34,335 nucleotides of DNA from Trypethelium eluteriae (lineage: Eukaryota), in contig JAVECL010000230.1 in NCBI GenBank assembly GCA_051942245.1, forward strand, positions 1 to 34,335, given 5' to 3'. The position numbers and the translations under genes are program-made. The notes under the pieces are model-generated. The model saw only the letters and a list, made by a program, of their open reading frames with translations. It made no database searches and was not told where the DNA came from. Each line of letters begins with the position of its first letter. Positions within the stretch are counted from its first letter, which is position 1. Positions 33,760-34,335 of the stretch are shown here, one piece after another.

Positions 33760-34335
33760 TCAGGCCTCTTCAGGCTCACCTCCATCCCAACCCACCTCCA
33801 TACACGTCAACATCGAGCCCTCGGGCCTCCTCGCCTCCACAAGCCTAAACCTCGCATCCGCCCTCCTCAACAACTCCTCCCACTCCCCGCGATCCCTCTC
33901 CTTCGCATTATGAAACCCCAGCATCGCCAAATCCATACTCCTCACCTGCCTCTCCTCAAACAAACTCCCGCTCCCCGGCCCCGGCAGGACCACTTCCGCA
34001 ACACACAGCCTCGCCCCCGGCTCCAACGCCGGCACCAGCGCCCGCAAGATCTCCACCGCATACCCATCCGCCCAATCATGCAGGACCCAGCGCAGGAGAT
34101 ACACCGCCGCGCCCTTCACGGGCTGCGGCGCAAAGAAATCATGCGCCATCCACTCGACGCACTCCTCTGGCCAACCGACCCATCCTTGCCCGACCGTAGC
34201 CACGACCTCAGCTCGGTCCTGCATTACGAAGCGCAAAGAGGGAAACGCAGCGGCGAGCGCGAGGCTGATCGCGCCGTGCCCGCCGCCGATGTCGACGACG
34301 GTGCTAAAGGGGGTGAGCGAGGGCCAGGGGAAGGC
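33760..34335 (-). CDS. O-methyltransferase (Methyltransf_2 family), C-terminal part; 5' end outside the window
   Basis: TVVDIGGGHGAISLALAAAFPSLRFVMQD, AHDFFAPQPVKGAAVYLLRWVLHDW (catalytic His), DLAML..HNAKER. Confidence 0.93.
   Translation of the reverse strand, partial: AFPWPSLTPFSTVVDIGGGHGAISLALAAAFPSLRFVMQDRAEVVATVGQGWVGWPEECVEWMAHDFFAPQPVKGAAVYLLRWVLHDWADGYAVEILRALVPALEPGARLCVAEVVLPGPGSGSLFEERQVRSMDLAMLGFHNAKERDRGEWEELLRRADARFRLVEARRPEGSMLTCMEVGWDGGEPEEA

Overview
Genomic DNA of a filamentous ascomycete (Pezizomycotina). The genes have short GT-AG introns with CTAAC/CTGAC-type branch sites, so most raw ORFs are exon fragments and I spliced the gene models by hand. About 11 intact or nearly intact genes can be supported. 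Three are CFEM-less PTH11-like (Rhodopsin-domain) seven-transmembrane receptors. Three are surface or secreted proteins: an HsbA/Mp1p-like protein with a spliced Cys-rich tail, a ~1337 aa predicted GPI-anchored repeat protein, and a CAP/PR-1 protein. Four are enzymes: two alpha/beta-hydrolases, a class I SAM methyltransferase and a truncated O-methyltransferase at the right edge. The last is an NLR-less HeLo-like/SesA-type protein. Decay is also visible: a nonsense-disrupted conserved hypothetical gene at the left edge, a 229 bp hAT-like MITE with RIP-type mutations, and other possible relics. The most interesting candidate is the HeLo-like gene (24839-25834). Its C-terminus carries two 15-residue pseudo-repeats resembling HET-s-type amyloid signalling motifs, suggesting a prion-activated cell-death effector. 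It has a MITE in its upstream region and a degenerate ORF downstream. All family calls come from motif recognition by eye; no database search was run.
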